A stretch of 64,000 nucleotides of DNA from contig JAYWIR010000018.1 in the NCBI GenBank assembly GCA_036172245.1, positions 3,038,001-3,102,000 on the forward strand, read 5' to 3'. Under the pieces are notes generated by a model, which saw only the letters and a list, made by a program, of their open reading frames with translations, searched no databases and was not told the DNA's origin. Positions 1-13,330 of the stretch are shown in pieces (within the stretch, counting starts at the first letter, position 1; the number at the start of each line of letters is the position of its first letter). Both the position numbers and the translations under genes were made by a program. The DNA comes from Raillietiella orientalis (lineage: Eukaryota).

Positions 1-834
1 TTAAAGGGGAACCATTGAATCATCTGCGCGATACGATCACCATTTCGAATGTGTAGTTTCGCTACGTTACAATGATGTTGGTAAACGTTGTTTGGAGCAA
101 GCGATGTTTTAGAGCTGGAGGAATCAGCGTTTTGGCAGTTTTACTTCGCAAATACAGACAGTGCACCACGAAGTGAAAGGAACGCGCGCTACGGTCGTCT
201 CAGAAGAATCGATGCAAAAAGTTTTGCTACGCAAAGAGGCGTTGAGTTTCTCAATGTGGGAAGCTGCACGCAAAACCCATGAACGCGGAAGTGTTTCCAA
301 GGCAACTCGAAACAGGAAATGCACACGGATGCTCGGAATGCACATAACTTACAGAGGAAAGGAAGAATTTCAGCCTTCAAGTATACGAAAGGAAGAGTGC
401 TTTAAATTGGCACTGATCTATGAAATGCTTTTGTTTTTGTTTTTGTTTTTTGTTTTTTTTTTGGGGGGGAGAGGGGGATGATTCCCTAGAGTTCGCAACG
501 TCGCACGCGCTCTCAAGTGACAACGACGTTCACAGGGGATGGCTGCACTTTAAGAATCCATTTGGATTACTATTCAGTGCTGCCCTTTATGTTTTTTCGG
601 TTTGCTACAGGCAAATAGCAGTTGCAAAAGATTTCGTTGCAACAAAAATTTCTCATATAAATAAAATTCTGTTATTCAAGAACATAAGCACAAAACTGTT
701 TCGGCTGTTTTCGCTCTTTTTTTATTGCTGAACGAAATATATGGAGAGTGCTAAAGTAAATTTTCCAGAAAACAATAATAAACTGTCGAAAATGATTAAT
801 AAAACCGATTAAATATCAAGTGTAAGAAACAAAC

Positions 835-1006
835 CTTGACATTTATATTTTCTTTAGCAGAGGTCTCAAAAAACTCAAGTCCAAGTTGACTTGCTAATTG
901 TCTTCCTTTTTCAGTGGAAATCACTCTGTCATCCTCCATGTCACATTTGTTTCCTACCAACACTACTTGCGCGTTATCCCAACTATATGTTTTTATCTGA
1001 GTGACC
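835..1006 (-). CDS. Rab3: Rab3 third coding exon (172 nt); the final exon with helix 5 and the prenylation motif was not found in 1-834
   Basis: tttAG acceptor at 1008-1007. Translates (W)[57 protein letters not shown], with G4 NKCD and G5 SAK. GT donor at 834-833. Confidence 0.96.
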
Positions 1007-1066
1007 CTAAAAGATGAGAGGGGTTCCTTGGTTTGAATAAAAGCAAAACGGAGGAAATCACTGTAC

Positions 1067-1185
1067 CAGTCCTGAACACTGTTGAACGATTCTTCATTGG
1101 TGACGTCATACATGAGGATAAAACCCATCGCACCTCTATAATATGCAGTTGTAATAGTACGATATCTTTCTTGACCTGCAGTATC
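1067..1185 (-). CDS. Rab3: Rab3 second coding exon (119 nt)
   Basis: AG acceptor at 1187-1186. Translates [39 protein letters not shown](W), including G3 DTAGQE. GT donor at 1066-1065, phase 2. Confidence 0.97.
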
Positions 1186-1422
1186 CTAGCAGAAAGAATA
1201 CTTGGATAAAATGTATTCATTAACTTTCACGATCGCCCATCGCGCTGGAAGTATTCATTCATGTTTACAAAAGCGCGCCAGATCTTGAGAAAGTAAATTC
1301 GTAAATCAGTGATTATTAACACTAAAAATTGCTTCGGAACTGAAAATCTGGGATTAATGCAAATCGCGCTCTAGAAATTCAGTGTTGCAATTCATAACAA
1401 AATGATTGCAGTGCTAACGTAC

Positions 1423-1647
1423 CCATATTTGCAGCTTAACTCTCTTCTCGTTACGAAAAACAGTCTTAACCTTGAAGTCTATCCCAACTGTTGAAACGAA
1501 GGCAGATGTAAATGAATCATCAGCATAACGGAAGAGGAACGAAGTCTTCCCGACACTACTATTACCAATAATGAGAAGTTTGAACATGTAATCGAAATTC
1601 TGATCTGCAGGATCTTTCTGACCCCACTGGCTCTGGCCGGCCGCCAT
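1423..1647 (-). CDS. Rab3: Ras-related protein Rab-3, first coding exon (75 codons)
   Basis: Translates [75 protein letters not shown], with the Rab3 P-loop GNSSVGKT and switch I TVGIDF. GT donor at 1422-1421, phase 0. Confidence 0.97.
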
Positions 1648-4209
1648 CTAAATAATGAGAAATGGTCTCTCGTGAACAACGAAAGAATGAAAATCTCAAA
1701 GTAACATTCAAAAATAGTGATACTTGTTTGCATTCGAGTTTAACGTTTTTTTTTTTTTTTTTTTTTCAAAATCGAATCAGGGTTGCAAACGCAAAACGAA
1801 GGATTTACCCGCGTCACAATTGTGGTTATTGAGTAACACTAATAAATTTCGCAATGTGACCTGTGGTCATCCAGGCTTCTCCAAAAATTCAGTAGGCCTG
1901 ACCGCGGGGTGCGAGTACCGTTTTGTGCAGGACAAAACCGTACTCCTACCATGGGGTTTCGTGTAATGAAGTACCTTTTTTCGAGGTAAATATGGCTACT
2001 TTTTTTTCCTTTCAACCTCAAGTTAAATAATAAATAAAAACATCTCTTATGAATACTATATTATCCGTGTATAATCCATGGACTCGCATAACGCGGATTC
2101 GTAATCCCCAGCGTTACATGCGAGTTGCATATTGTATCTGTGGAACCAATTCAAGAGATCCACAAACAACGAGAACTCTGCACATCATACTCCAAGAGTT
2201 GCCACTACGGAAAGATGCAGTGGTTTTCCGACGACCAGCATCACAAAGGTCAACTCATCACAGTCAGGTAAGCAGCCCGGCCGGTCAAAACCGAAAGTTT
2301 GAGGAGGAGAAGCGCACCACGGCGCACACACATTTGTGGGACAGGGCACTCACACACTCACACAGGTGGTTCCGAGCGCTCTGCGGAGTGACTCTGTTTA
2401 AGAGTGTTATGAGCGGCGTCACATCGACAGCGCGCGGAACAGAAAATATCTTACACTGATGGAAACGTTCGAAACAGAGGGAAACGCGCACACACATATC
2501 CACATGTTTTCCTTTTTAGCCGTTACACTTCCCGCACGCCACCTTTTCTTGCTTTTCGATTCCTCCCAGCAACTTTTTTTTAATCAAGGCGGTCGGCAGA
2601 TGCTGGCGAAGTGTTCCAACTGTGCACACACTCAGGATGGATGTTATCATTTCTAAACCTCGCGTGCAGTTGATAAGAGAGGAGGAGATTTTATTCATTT
2701 GCTCGTAAACCGCATCAACATGTTTTTTCCACCTTCCAACGTAGGCTTTTTATCATCGGTTTCACGATAGGAATCATGAACCCGCGATTCCGGCAAGTTT
2801 GGCGATCCCCCCAAACGCCGTGGGGCAATCGACCCCCACGAAAACATGGAGTGGGATCAGCGTAGACTACCACAATCCACCGAGATTTTGGATCTGCTTC
2901 GAGCGTTCTGCAATACTCTGCGCAGTTGGCGAGCTTCCGTGATCCATACACTGCAAGGGAACGATGAGGATCTTAAACTTTCCATTGCTACTGTTAAGAA
3001 AAAGAACATCAATCAAACAACCCTGTGGTTCAGATGATTGGAAGCTTATTTGCACCAGGAAATGTAGGAAGCAGAGTGGAGCCCGCCGCGTGTGCCGAGA
3101 GGGTCGCAAACGCAAGAGGACGGAAGTTTTCCGTTTCAAGGTGGGGCTGCGACGCTGGGTGTCAAGCTCCCTCCCCAACCCTCTCCCATCCCTTCCTGAC
3201 GCCTTCCCTTCCTGTTTGTGTGTTTTGGTGATTCATCAAGCAACACCTAATTCATCGGATGTTCATTGCCAATTCTGATCAACTTTTTACGAGTGGAAGA
3301 GTGCGATTTCAATTTATCAGCTGAGAGAGGATCCGAAGAATTTCTGACTGGAGAAAGAAAGACGGAAAGAATGCGGACCCCGCACGAAAAAGTCTTCATG
3401 CAGCCTTCCAAAGGTGTTGGTAGAAGAAAAAACCCTATACTGAGGTTTTTTCTCCAAATCAATGAAACAGAATTGAAGAAAGTTGAAAAGATAAGTCAGG
3501 GGAATGAAAATTAAAGAGCAAAGAAAGCTTTGAAAACACGCTTTACAGATCTTTGGATGCTGATTGTCAGCAGATTTGCGCAGGCACTCATTGTCTTCCG
3601 GAACTTTCGAAATTCATCTGGATGGCAGCCGCCTCCTCAATAGCTTCATCAAGATATGAACGCTTGGATGCTGATTCGAGTTATTTAACTCTTTGGCTAA
3701 CGAGGATTCTTTTTGGTTTCGAACCCGGAACCATTCGCTCCTCTCATTGCTTGACAGACTTTCACTAAATGAACAAAGGCTCCTAGAAACTTGAAAGTCA
3801 TGCGGTTCCAAATGATTTTTTTTTTTTTTAATTTCGCTCTCTGTGTCGAATAGCCTTCACCTCAGATTGTGATTAAACACTTAGTTTTCAGATGATTGAT
3901 TGGAGTAAAAAGAAAAAGAATGGAGAAACCCTGTTTACTTGTCACCATATGGAAAAGCATCATGCAAATAAAACCTTCATCTGAATCTCAACTTACAGCT
4001 ACTGCATCTAATACGTTTCATTCACCTCATCCACGATTCCCTATGGATGCATCCAGCAGTGGGTTTTCCTCCTGCAAGTGCTAAGCACTTTCACAGCAGG
4101 AGTTGAAGACTGCCAGAGACTCGGATGAACGGAAGGGAAATAAAGACAAGGAAGAAGAGTGCAGCTAATCTGCAGCTCAAGACGGCGTATGATTATTTTT
4201 CTTTTTCCC

Positions 4210-5037
4210 TATATGATGTCGTTGTCGTGAGAAAGAATGTCGAAAGGCTCAAAACGCTCCGTTGGCAGCATACGGATTTGTGATGATGTCACTCGCAATG
4301 GCATAGCAGCCCAAACCACCAAGCACAGAATATGGACTGATGAATTCAAATGTGCACCAGAAAGAGGGATTAGAGTGCCAGTCTTTAGATATATTCCCGC
4401 CAATTTACACGGCCCAATCTTCCCACGAATCTTTGCTTCCCTTAAGATTATTTACTCGAGCTGCTGAGCAGCCGTACCTTTCCAGCCCTTGAGAGTTTCT
4501 GGATTTTTACTCGAACTTTTCCTGGTCCTTCAAAGCACGCAGACCTTCCCGCGCTTCATGTAAATACGTGTACTTCTTCGGCACTATCTTTTATTTGCCT
4601 CTCGAACGTAAATACGATGAAAGTTGGATCTCAAGGATTGAAACGGACTAATCCTGACACATGAAGTAAGATGAATAACTTTACTTCGGAGCGCAAAGCG
4701 TTGTTCGATAATCAGTTTCTGAAAATGACCCGATACACACACGTACACACACATGTGCACAGAGGCAAATATTCATGAATTATCATGGTTTCGAGTATAC
4801 AATTCAATAGGTCAAGCAAGCAATCATCATGTGGCGTTCGGGGAGTATCCGTTGATAATCTTCACTTTGTCTCGATCTTATTGAGCTGGGCGCTGCTGAA
4901 ACATTTGCCTCTATATTGCATCCAATACTTTTGCAACACCTTCTTAGTCTACTTGCTTGCTTAAGTTGTCCATGAAACAAAGCGTACTCTACCCTCCTGG
5001 AGATGGCTTGAATGAATGGCACCAATACATCGCCCAT
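4210..5037 (-). mobile_element. Decayed non-LTR retrotransposon fragments (CR1/L2-like RT thumb / C-terminus)
   Basis: VLVPFIQAISRRVEYALF...YQRILPERHMMIACLTY resembles LY.A..R..LEY...W...RL..L...R...DL..Y. NSSVHILCLVVW resembles S.L.YC..VW. Eroded; may be two separate fragments. Confidence 0.35.
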
Positions 5038-5789
5038 TTGTCTTAAATAGATTGCATGAGCACTTTAAGTGCTCAGGTGTCATGTGATTTCGTCAAGATT
5101 TTTGAAACCAAATACATACATTTTCTGATACGTATTTCTTAGGCTAGCTGTGAATTCTAGGGGAAACCGATACGCACGCGGAATGAATTTTCTCCATTCC
5201 TCTACGGCTTCTAGCGCTAACGGTGCACCTGAGTAGTGGATTATGGAAAAATCTCTTTAGAGTGCCGAAAAAATCTCAAGCAATCTCTTCGTGTACATTG
5301 TAAAGCCACACTCGTACTAGTTATCATTATTATCATGGTAATTTCTTTCAAAAGGTAATTCGATATTCAAAAGAAATGTTGCAATGAATCAGTGCTACGA
5401 AATCATTTTTTCTACGGTCAAAGCCGTCACTAAAACTTTCAAGGTGATGTCACGCTCTGGAAACATGACTTTTTTTTCAAATCACAATTTTGTCTTCCTT
5501 CTTGCACTCTCGGGTCGAATAATTTAGCAGTCGAAACAAAGAAACGCATAAGAAAAACGCTTTCAGTATCTGAAAGAGCTTTTGCTGGACATGGCAGAGC
5601 TCGCATCATCATCATCATCATCGCCGTCCGTCTGTTAGCCTTAAAAGGATGAGCAATAACGCGTATTTCCGATTTGGTGAATTTTCGAAAGCGCAACCTG
5701 AATGTCCTCCTCATCAGCATCGCCTCTGCAAGGTCGTCTTCGATTTAACTGGGTTCAAGAACGAAACCACTTCGGATTTAGGGAGTCAC

Positions 5790-6420
5790 TGGAAGATGGA
5801 ATCACCATACCGCTGCGGATGAATCTTCGCTGATAAACTCTCTAACCTGTTGCCAAACATGTACCAGGTGGAACGAAGCACTGTGAACGGACCACAGATT
5901 TCGAAGATGCGCTGCACACCAAAGGAAGAGATAAGGAACGATTGCCAAGAAGAAATTTCCAATGAACGATGCACCCATCAAGAGGATGTTTGCCAACAAA
6001 AGGAACATTTCGATCTCGGATTTTATTACGAAAATTTTCAGACTCAAAGATTACCTCAGAGTTGAAAGTATCCCCAAAAAGCAATTTTCCTAAAGGAGTT
6101 TTTTCCCTTTAGATAAAGGGGGGATCCAGATTCGGAGGGAAGTAAATCCAGTGGCACGAAGAAATTTCTTGATAAGGGACGAGTATTCTGAGCGGAGTCT
6201 GAGCGGTAGAATAATAAGGCTTAAGCTCATTAAAGTGTAGGCATGGATTGTATGATAGAAGGAAAGCTTCGGCTTCTGTGGAACGTTGTAGCAGTTCTTT
6301 TGAGATGGCACCTCACTCGAGCCTGGTTCTGCAATGTCAGCTGGGATGGGCTAAGTGAACAGACGTATCCAGCATACAAAGAATCGCTCGATCTGCCACA
6401 TTTAGGAAACGGGGATCATG
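5790..6420 (+). mobile_element. Decayed LINE RT fragment (domains 5-7 and thumb)
   Basis: In order: IFADKLSNLL (FADD-like), NDAPIKRMFANKRNISISDFITKIFRL (domain 7-like), KLRLLWNVV...RAWFCNVSW (thumb-like). Frameshifted. Confidence 0.35.
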
Positions 6421-7449
6421 AAACTTGATTAGTTGTTACGGCAACGAGGTTACGCATTCGTTGGAGGTGATTTTGCTCTGCATCTTGAACAGATTGATCG
6501 AATGATTGTGTAAGGAAAGTTCGGTGGTTCCCATTTTTTTAAGCTTATCCGATCTGATATTCTTTCTTGGTTCTCTTTTTGAAATGTTTCTGATGGTTTC
6601 CTCTCCTTTATTGCTTTCCTTTTGCAATCAGTGTCATCCTGCGATGCAGGGGAACATCAGATTTCCGTTAAACGGAAAAGCACATTTCCTCGAAATTGTT
6701 CATGCTTTAAGACATCCTAAAGATAGCTGGTTTTCTCATTTTTCGTATTGGATGCTGAATCCGAGAAAACAAAACAAAAATAGGGGGGGGGGGAGGGAGG
6801 GGGGATAAAAGGCTAGTAACCGAATCAAGTGAAAGTTTCTTGATTCAAGCAATCATATTTTTGCGTTACTTAATGGGGTCTTGAAGACGATCCTGAATAT
6901 CTGTGAGTTGAGCATCCTGGCTTCTTAGGGGACCACGACTACACCAAAGCAAAATTTCATAAAGGTTGTTTTCAACTGAACTGAGAACAAAGCAAAAGGG
7001 GGAAAATCGTCCATTCCGGTCGCTGAACGACGTATTCAACGGACATCGGAAAGAATGTTCCGAAACGAGAAGAAACCATTCCGACAACCTAATTTCGTTT
7101 CCCCCTAACGATTCGTTTGTTTGTTTACGTTTATCTTCGAGCTTTGGAGATCCGGCAAAAGTAAATGCAAAAATGAAAAAAAAAAAAAAAAAAAACCAAT
7201 GACAATATCACTAAGGGGTTGAGTAGCACTTAAAAGCATTGAAAGTACACGCGGCTGGCTGCACGAGAATCCAGATAGCGCCCTGGGTGACGCTTAGGAC
7301 ATTGATTTTATGAGCTGTTCGATTTTGGTTCGCCAAGTGTCTTTCCGATGAAGTGAATACGCTGGGCGCACGTTACTTTGCAGGTATTCGAACACAAAGG
7401 GTCATTCTTCATCCCATCGTAGCTGTTTGTGCTTTCCGGAACCAGCAAT

Positions 7450-10400
7450 CAAGTATTCGTAACACATGAACCACCTGGGTAGAACCGGACCTGCGCCCTG
7501 ATGTTCTCGGAATCAGGGCGCATTCCTATCCAATGCCCGCGAGCCGAAGAAAACAGATCTTCCAGCTCTTCCTTACTCGGATCGAGATTCCTGCCGTCGC
7601 TACTTTGTGTGGGATTTCGCGTGGACCGGTCGGCCCATTCGCTTGCGGCATGTTCTGCAAACTGCAAGACTCCTTGCCATGCTAGATCTTGTTTTCATGA
7701 TGAATGCACGTTCCCACGCATTCCGCACAAGCCCGCCGACTCTGCTTCCAGCTCCCGAAAGCGCATGAAGACCCCTGCAGAAGGTGTTTCACATAGCAGA
7801 GCCTGGCAGCTTGCAAGTGCCTGAAGACTCGCTCGGAATCCTTCCTCATTTCAAAAGGAGTGCAACTGCGCTTTGATCGGAAACTTTCCGTTTGAGGAGG
7901 ACCAAGATGTTTGTTCCTTGGCGTGAAAACAGGCTGGTTCCTGATACCCATTCGCTAGCAGGAAAAGGAACGAGAGCACGGAACTGCCTCGCTCGACTAC
8001 AGAGTTGCAAGTTCCCACGGCAAAAGTCCGAGGTTCCGCGTCTGAGGACCAGACTCGTAGGAAAGTAGGGTAGGAAAAGAAAGGACGCGTGTGCACGGAA
8101 AGAGTGCAGAGTGCACTGCGCTCGAAGCTTTCAGACCAATCGAGTTGAACTCCGCAATCCTTTTTAGCGAGTTTAGTGGAACGGGAAAACGCATGATGCT
8201 GGATTAACGAGCCCGATGTTCGGGTTTCGCGGATGACTTTTAATAAAGATTATTCAGTGCAGGGAAGAGCTTCACAGTTCGCATGACGTAAAAAAAAAAA
8301 AAAAAGAAATCAATGATTGCGCATAGGTTCAGTGAGAAAAACCAAACGACGTCACAAAGCCGTGGGTTTGTTCGAAGTTATGGCGCGCGTCAGCATATCC
8401 CTTATTTACAAAGCTTCGCAAGGACCAGATCCACAATGTAAGTCATGCATCCGTCGCATCCTGGCATTCCATTCTGTAGGTGTTCATTCAACTTGTAGTC
8501 CGTCGATCTTGCGCCCTTAGAAATTCTATTCCATCAGTGGTATCCAACGAGAGGGGATCGATTCCAAGAGAAAACGCTTTGGAACGATCTGAAGGCGATT
8601 CTTCCGATTCTATTCTTCAAAAGCATCTTAGCATTCGGGTAGTATGTAACCACACGTATGTGGATGAGGAAACTGTGCTTCCAGTGCCATGTTCAGAGCC
8701 ATATTGTTCCGAAGGAATGTAGCCCATTAGGTGAACGTCAGCAGAGTTCTTAAACAAAGTAATTAACAGAAAAGATTCGCTGGGACAGACGGAACGGATA
8801 TTCAGGAGAATGCCATTGGGCATTCTATTAATACCTAAAGTAGACCCATCGATCCACTCCACAGGCATTTTTCGAATTTCGGAATGAAAAATCTCATTTG
8901 TTTCTTTAAAATGATCTCTTGCCGACAGCAACTTCCGAGGACTGAGGAGGAGAAAAAGAAGGAAAAAAATGGTCCTTTCGATCAAGTAGGGCAGATGCAT
9001 TAGGAAAAATAAATATGTACATTCGTTCCCTGATTGCAACACTTTTCTAAGTGAGATAATTTGATTTGCAAATCTGCCGACCTGTTAGTTCTGCCTCCAG
9101 ATAGTGATTTTAATTTCGGGAAGTTCCAAAATGGCTGAAAACGCTTCACGGTTACGTTTGGGGAGTATCAGACTGCAAGAACCGTTGATTTGTTCCGACA
9201 GCTTTAGGAACGGCTCGCATCGAGCGCCTCGCTTCTTTGACCTGATATCGATTAACGCCCTCTTCAGTATTCCTTCACGTTACTCTTGAGAAGGTGTGGT
9301 AATAAACTGAATAATAGTAATTTGCACTGTTACTGCAAAGGCAAATCATAGGACACGAAGCATGGCATGGTTGTTGTTGTTGTTTTTTTTTTTGAGGGAA
9401 GAGGCGAAAGAATTTGACCAGGCAAGCCTGTTTGCACTGAAAGACAATTGCAAAAATGCATTCGTGCCGAGGGCAGTTTGCAGTTTTTACAGTTCTGATA
9501 GTCCTGCAGATTTCATCCAAAAGTAAAGCTCGAAGTTATTCAGAAGAAAGATTGGTGAATTAACTTACGGATAATGGAAAACCTCAGGCGGCTACTTTTC
9601 AACGCCTTACAAAAAGTACGCATGAGTTTTAGATTTTTGACACTGTATTCTTTGAATTATAAGACTGCATAAACTGGATAACAACCGAGAACCAGATTTC
9701 TGGGAATGTGATGTTCTTCTGCGTTATATCGATAGGCTGAATGCTTGATTAATATTTCGATGCCGTACACCTTTAAAGGACACATTGTATATGAACAGTG
9801 TTGTGTCTGCGTATCTCGAATGCGTATACAATGATCTCAATTGGCGTTTTTTTCATTTTCATCCAGAGGATTACTTTCCATCATTCCATGTTTCCTCTGA
9901 ATCAATATTGAAGCTTTTTATCTCGAGTCTGCCAGAAAGTGCCGACTCAGTCAAATTGATTTTGAGGATTGCCTTACGCGTCCTACATTTCAATCAGTTA
10001 ACCATCATTTTAATCAGCTACACAAAATAGCCGCATATCGTCCAACAGAATGAGTCACATCAAATAAGATTAAAAAATGCAATAACTAAGACTAAAAGCA
10101 AGATTCCAAGAAGTCTGTGCGACGAATTCAGAAAGGGCTCACAGGCAACGGCTCATAGCTCCACACATATCCTCTTTTGAATTTCATTTGTACATGTTTG
10201 TCTCTTGTTTTCGATTTCACTAATTCCTGTCCTTCTCTCGACTGATTCGGAAGCATCCTTTGAGGAATTTTCACTTCATCTGTTTGCTTTTTGTCTTGTT
10301 TTGCTTTGTTTTTTCATTCACAGTGTTATTCTGAATACCAGAGCTTCAGAGGTCTCCCTGTTCCAGAACCATCACATCCCAGTGTGGTAATTTTATTGAA

Positions 10401-10750
10401 TCAGTCTCCAAAAGTTACCTTTACACAAAATATGTTCAAATACATACAACAGGGAAGCTTTAAATCGGACAGCTATTGGTGTTTAGCTGGCTCAGTTTAA
10501 TGCCTATTCTGCTCTTGTTCCCATTTGGCTGCCAGAGGGATGGGTGTAATGCACGTGGATGTGATTCCTGTGTACCTTTTTCGACAGAGGATCTGCAGAA
10601 GCTTGCGATGCTTTTGTCCGTTAGAGAAGGACTTGCTAGTACGCAGCTAATCTTTACGCTGGCATTTGAACCTACTCAAATCCAAAAATACATGGAAAAA
10701 ACTCCAAATTGCCCTGGTCCTCAACAGCAGCCTCCTTCAACGAAAGCTGA
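7450..10750 (-). mobile_element. Decayed, interrupted LINE ORF2 (RT domains 0-6 and possible endonuclease), RTE/CR1-like
   Basis: Collinear motifs on the minus strand: DEICRTIRTVKTANCPRHECI (domain 0, ~9520-9460); MPVEWIDG...NIRSVCPSESFLLITLFK...EQYGSEHGTGST...DRSKAF (domains 1-3, ~8870-8572); VVERGSSVLSFLFLL (GVPQGS.LSP.LF-like, ~8000-7955); CAECVGTCIHHENK (GL.I...KT-like). Confidence 0.6.
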
Positions 10751-11949
10751 ATTTTGAAGCACTGGATTAAAGTCAATGCAGAGTTCGAAACGTAACATTC
10801 ATTTACATCAGATTAAGAGCTTTGTTCCTCATCCTTTTCACATAGATCCTGTTGATTTTTTTTTTCTTAAAAAAAAAGAAAAAAAAATTCCCCAATACTC
10901 ATTCTCCTTATTCCCCTATCGATTGTTTCAATTTACTTTGAAGAGAAACCTTGAACGTCATGAAACCTAGCTTTGAATGAAATGAGTTCAAACTAGAAAT
11001 TCAATACTTGGAAAATAGTGCACCCAGTTTGGCAAACTGGTCTCTGTCTGAGGATTAGCCAAGTTTCCCGTGCAACTCCTCTGGGTCCACCTGAGAGCGA
11101 CAACCAGTGTAGTCCTTTGATGGTTTCCCAGGCGAGAAACTTCGATTCCTGTGTCACACTGCTGATTTCGGAAAAGTGCTAACTTCCAATTCTAAAATAA
11201 GTCCAACGAACTGCAAAATAACTGCAATTATTTTAAAATGAGGGTTTAAACAAGCTTTCTCTAAGTTTCTTGCAATTTAGGTGTACCCCGTGTGTGATTT
11301 CTTTGTCAGTTCATTCAGAACGTTTTCGAACTCACATCAAACATGTCTCCATTTTCGATCCCATTTGTTTGATTCGACCTCGACAAATGTATACTGCTTT
11401 ACATCGGAGCACATCACTCATCACATATTACTCTTACATGAATGCTTGCATTAATCTGAAGAAAAAGTATGGCAGCTTTTTAACGGTAAACTTGTTTAGG
11501 GAAGAGTGCACTTTCCGTAAGATTGATATGTTTGGTAATAAAGCTCTTGTGGTCCACTGGATTCGCCTGTGCAATACATTTAGATTCCTCAGTATACTGT
11601 GTTGCTATGAACGATCTTTATTCCTAGGAAGAAAGGTGATTAGCTAAACAAACCTTTTCTTTCCCTGGCATGAGCTACCGAATCTCGTGGCAGTGCACTA
11701 GAGCTCCTATAAAGTCGTCTAGCGTTTGCAATACATCAAGAAACTGTACTGTGAAATAAGCGGCAAACACTCTTTCATTCGAGTGATACAATCTAGCAAT
11801 CTAGCGTATTGACGAAGAACAGAAAAACTTCACAATTAATAGTTTTCTGAATATATGGCACAAATGCATTCCAGAAATGTTCACCGAACTCTACGAATTC
11901 GTGTTCCAAAGCCCGTTGTTGCGTATGGAAAACGGGGTATGGGGACTAA

Positions 11950-13330
11950 GGACAACGACTGGGTAACGGGTACATTTACATATGTACGTTTACGATGATT
12001 TTACGAATGCAACCGTGTTTACTGCTTTCCTCGCATATGCCAGAAATTACATCAAAAGTTTTACAACCAGCTTCGACCAATTTATGAAAAGCCTTGCCAA
12101 TGTACTTCCAAGAGAACACGAGGGAGGATGGAGGTGCTGCAGATAACTGCACAATAAAGCGAGAATAACGAAGAACTCGAGTCCGATTCTTAACTGTTCG
12201 ACGTAGCTGTCATCACAGCATCAGACGATAAGGCAAGGGCGTTGCTGATCTCGGAAAGCAGCATATAGAATTTTCAAAGCGTGTTCCCTACTGAAGAGAA
12301 AGTGTTAAAATTTCGCCACTCAATACCAACAAAAATATATACTCGATTCTGCATGAGTTTAAGAGGCGAGCAATCCTTTCTGGAACTCACTTGGCATGAA
12401 CGTGAAGATAAGATAAAATCAGAAGCTAAGCCTTCATACAAGGGCGATCATATGGCTTTAATTTGTTTGGCAAACTGGATTCCTACCAGACTGGAACTTT
12501 CCTGAAGTTTTCTGTGCATGTCCCTGTCCTCAGGAATGACCAGTTGCACTTATGAATGAAAAGTGAAATAGCACAAACGAAATGTTTTCGATGAGAACCT
12601 ACGGAATCTTTCTTCCAGCTGATAAACATCTACGTTGTGACCAAGCAATGAATTATCAGCCCAGATTGCAGTCATGTATAGCATATGTTTTTTTTCTTTT
12701 TTTTCTCTGAACAGATGTGTGTGCACAGGCGAAATGGGAAAATTTCTCACGGGGGAAAATCAACAACATTCTGTGTGCACCAACAGCAACAAATGAAGAA
12801 CGCCACATTCTTCATTTGTTGGTCATCATCATCAACTAAGGAAATCGAGTGGGTTACCGTACCGAATTATGCAGGCTGATGCTCAACTCATAATGACAGA
12901 AAGAGCACGAGAGGAAGAGGCTGCATCCAGAACAAAGGATTTCAGAAAACTACAATTCACACACGAGAAGAAGAAGTTCTGCAGATGCTTACGACACGAA
13001 CTCCTGGATTGAAGAGCACATGCACAAAAATGAAAATTACCTTCTTTTCGTCCCTTTGGTGATATCCGATTAAACGGAGAACGTTTTACAGGAACAAGTG
13101 ATTATCGCACTACCATAGAAATGCGATACGTCGATACATAAGGACGAATAAAATTTCCGCGCCCGACTGCCAGCGAACTGAGACCCTACAGCTGGATTAT
13201 CGATTGTATTTCAGATATACCAAATGTCAGCGACGATGACATCTAACGGATGTTTAGAGAAGTGAGCGATGAATTTCTTACGCGCTGCAGAAAAGGAAAT
13301 TTGTGATCAACCAGGAGCACTTGAAATTTG
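11950..13330 (+). mobile_element. Decayed RTE-like LINE (endonuclease and RT traces), AT-rich
   Basis: AYARNYIKSFTTSFDQFMKSLANVLP resembles VYAP....D.FY..L...L...P. YILDSA*V resembles the end of the endonuclease. KRKFVINQEHLK resembles GL.IN..KTK. Many stops. Confidence 0.33.

Noticed and set aside
1..834. Final Rab3 exon
   Set aside because: No minus-strand frame resembling VFERLVDIICDKM...CxC was found; it presumably lies left of the window.
5786..6084. Ionotropic-receptor-like fragment FTVLRSTWYMFG on the minus strand
   Set aside because: Short, frameshifted and stop-terminated. The opposite strand carries ordered RT motifs.
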